Positions 62,702-64,000 of a stretch of DNA of 64,000 nucleotides are shown piece after piece. Source of the DNA: Felis catus. Lineage: Eukaryota. The notes beneath the pieces are model-generated. The model saw only the letters and a program-made list of their open reading frames with translations. It searched no databases and was not told the origin of the DNA. How positions within the stretch are numbered: the stretch's first letter is position 1; each line of letters starts with the position of its first letter. The stretch lies in the NCBI RefSeq assembly GCF_018350175.1, contig NC_058368.1:99078001-99142000 (forward strand). The letters run 5' to 3'. The position numbers were made by a program, and so were the translations under genes.

Positions 62702-63139
62702 TCTCCCATCCCTTTTCTGTCCTTATCCATTGCAGATCATAAGCCCAATAGAGAATATACCAATCATTTGCAATGGCTTTGTTTCTTACCACCTGGTAGA
62801 TAACTAATCTTAGAGAAAAGCCAAAAGAGGAAGAGACATCTATTCAACCAACTTGCCTGGGACTGAGTCTTCTTGGAAAATTGGACTTTGCTTTCTAAAA
62901 CAGGGATAGTGCAGGAAAATCTAAGTCTTTTGGGTCAATGTCCTATACACTTCTGCGGGGGGGTGGGTGTGGAGAAATGACATTTTTACTTAAAAAGCAT
63001 CTTGCTGGAAAACAAAACTTTGTTTCATTGAACACTTAAGTGGCTCTGTTTGTTTCTAATCATCCTGCGGAACAAAGCCAGCAAGATATTAAAGAAAGAG
63101 GAGGTCTACATAAGGTCAGTTCAACAAATTCATCAGATC

Positions 63140-63465
63140 ATATCTGGATACTGGGAAGTCCAAAGATCAAAGTATCAGCAGGAGTAGATCCTAGTGAAGA
63201 CTCTAATCCTGGCTTGCACATGATGGCCTTCTTGCTGTGTTCTCACAAAGCAACTGAGAAGGGGGGGGGAAGGGGGGGAGGGAGAAAGATGGGTGGTATG
63301 TCTTTCTCTTTTATAAGGATACCAGTTCTGTGGGATCAGGGCTTCACCCTTATGATCTCATGTAACTTTAATCACCTCCTTAAAAGCCCTGTTTCCAATA
63401 CACTCAAATGGGGGTGTAGGGCCCTAACATATAAATTTGGGGCAGACACAATTCATTCCATAACA
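63140..63465. mobile_element. MaLR LTR (MLT1A/B-like), partial
   Basis: GGAAGTCCAAAGATCAAAGTATCAGCAGG...GGCCTTCTTGCTGTGTTCTCACA...GGGGCAGACACAATTCATTCCATAACA. Confidence 0.85.
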
Positions 63466-63718
63466 GGCACTGTCTTCCTTGATGATTACATTTCAAAGAG
63501 ACGACTCCCAAGTCCTTGAGAAAGACATTCCTGAGTTGTAAATCTGGTGAGAGACTGGGGGAAGATTTATATCCCGAAGAGGTAGAGAAAGAATTTACAA
63601 CTATGAGTTTTCCAGAGTAAATGGTCTGAGAAAAGGAAGGTCAGGGACTAAAATTGGGGAGAAACTTGTCTAAAGTTTAGTCAAATGGAGGAGAACTTTA
63701 AGGCTGTCATGGCCAACC
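63466..63718 (-). mobile_element. MER34-like ERV1 LTR fragment
   Basis: CCTTGAGAAAGACATTCCTGAGTTGTAAA...AGAGAAAGAATTTACAA...TGTCTAAAGTTTAGTCAA resembles MER34A. Confidence 0.65.
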
Positions 63719-64000
63719 TATGGGTCATCAGTGCTTCATGTACTCTGAAAAAGAAATTGCCTTGTGTTGTTCTTTTTCATGGTAAAGCCCGCAAAGAATA
63801 TCCATGCATTGGCCAAGCCTTATCCTAAGGGGCCTGGGAAGTGGTGTGTAATGCAGTAAATGGTAACATTTCAATTAATACTTTCAGATTTTTTGGCTGC
63901 TTGTTAGCTACAGGCGATAGAAATGGGATCTATGTTTGATAAAAACCTCTTTGTGTCCCTTAGGATTTCAGTGTCCTTAGTCCAATAATCTGTCTGTCTA

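Noticed and set aside
863..62792. Many 60-160 aa ORFs of the MAQSV.../GAPGW.../RERER type
   Set aside because: They are translations of CAN-SINEs and their (CT)n tracts, not genes.
63040..63519. 159-aa ORF, among the longest in the window
   Set aside because: GTG start, mostly inside an MLT1 LTR, no recognisable protein similarity.
63888..63939. Acceptor followed by FFGCLLATGDRNGIYV, reminiscent of a WD40 LLATGD motif
   Set aside because: The frame stops after 16 codons with no good donor; similarity is too short.
1..64000. tRNA genes, CRISPR arrays or prokaryote-like systems
   Set aside because: tRNA-like A/B boxes all belong to SINE heads; no repeat-spacer array or operon structure exists in this mammalian sequence.

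Overview
AT-rich, repeat-dense mammalian DNA from a carnivore, most likely a cat-family genome. The evidence is about 32 tRNA-derived CAN-SINEs, including near-consensus felid SINEC_Fc-type copies, plus carnivore L1. It reads as intergenic or deep intronic sequence: I could not support any functional multi-exon gene, RNA gene or CpG island. Almost all ORFs in the supplied track come from SINEs, L1, ERV or microsatellites. The informative content is retrotransposition history. (1) A TMEM258 processed copy (4286-4689, minus) keeps an intact but diverged 79-codon ORF. (2) A young TSD-flanked insertion (54144-54641) looks like a SINE but carries about 265 bp of apparently spliced, repeat-derived exons, i.e. 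a retrocopy of an unannotated multi-exon non-coding RNA ending in a SINE. (3) A GC-rich 3' mRNA retrocopy of an unidentified gene lies inside a Tigger2-type DNA transposon (57069-57672). (4) A twin-primed, 5'-inverted L1 is present. (5) A decayed ERVL provirus has gag joined directly to integrase. (6) There are palindromic AT-rich tracts. Repeat subfamily names come from recalled consensus motifs, not a database search, and boundaries of old elements are approximate. I found no evidence of a novel multi-gene system.
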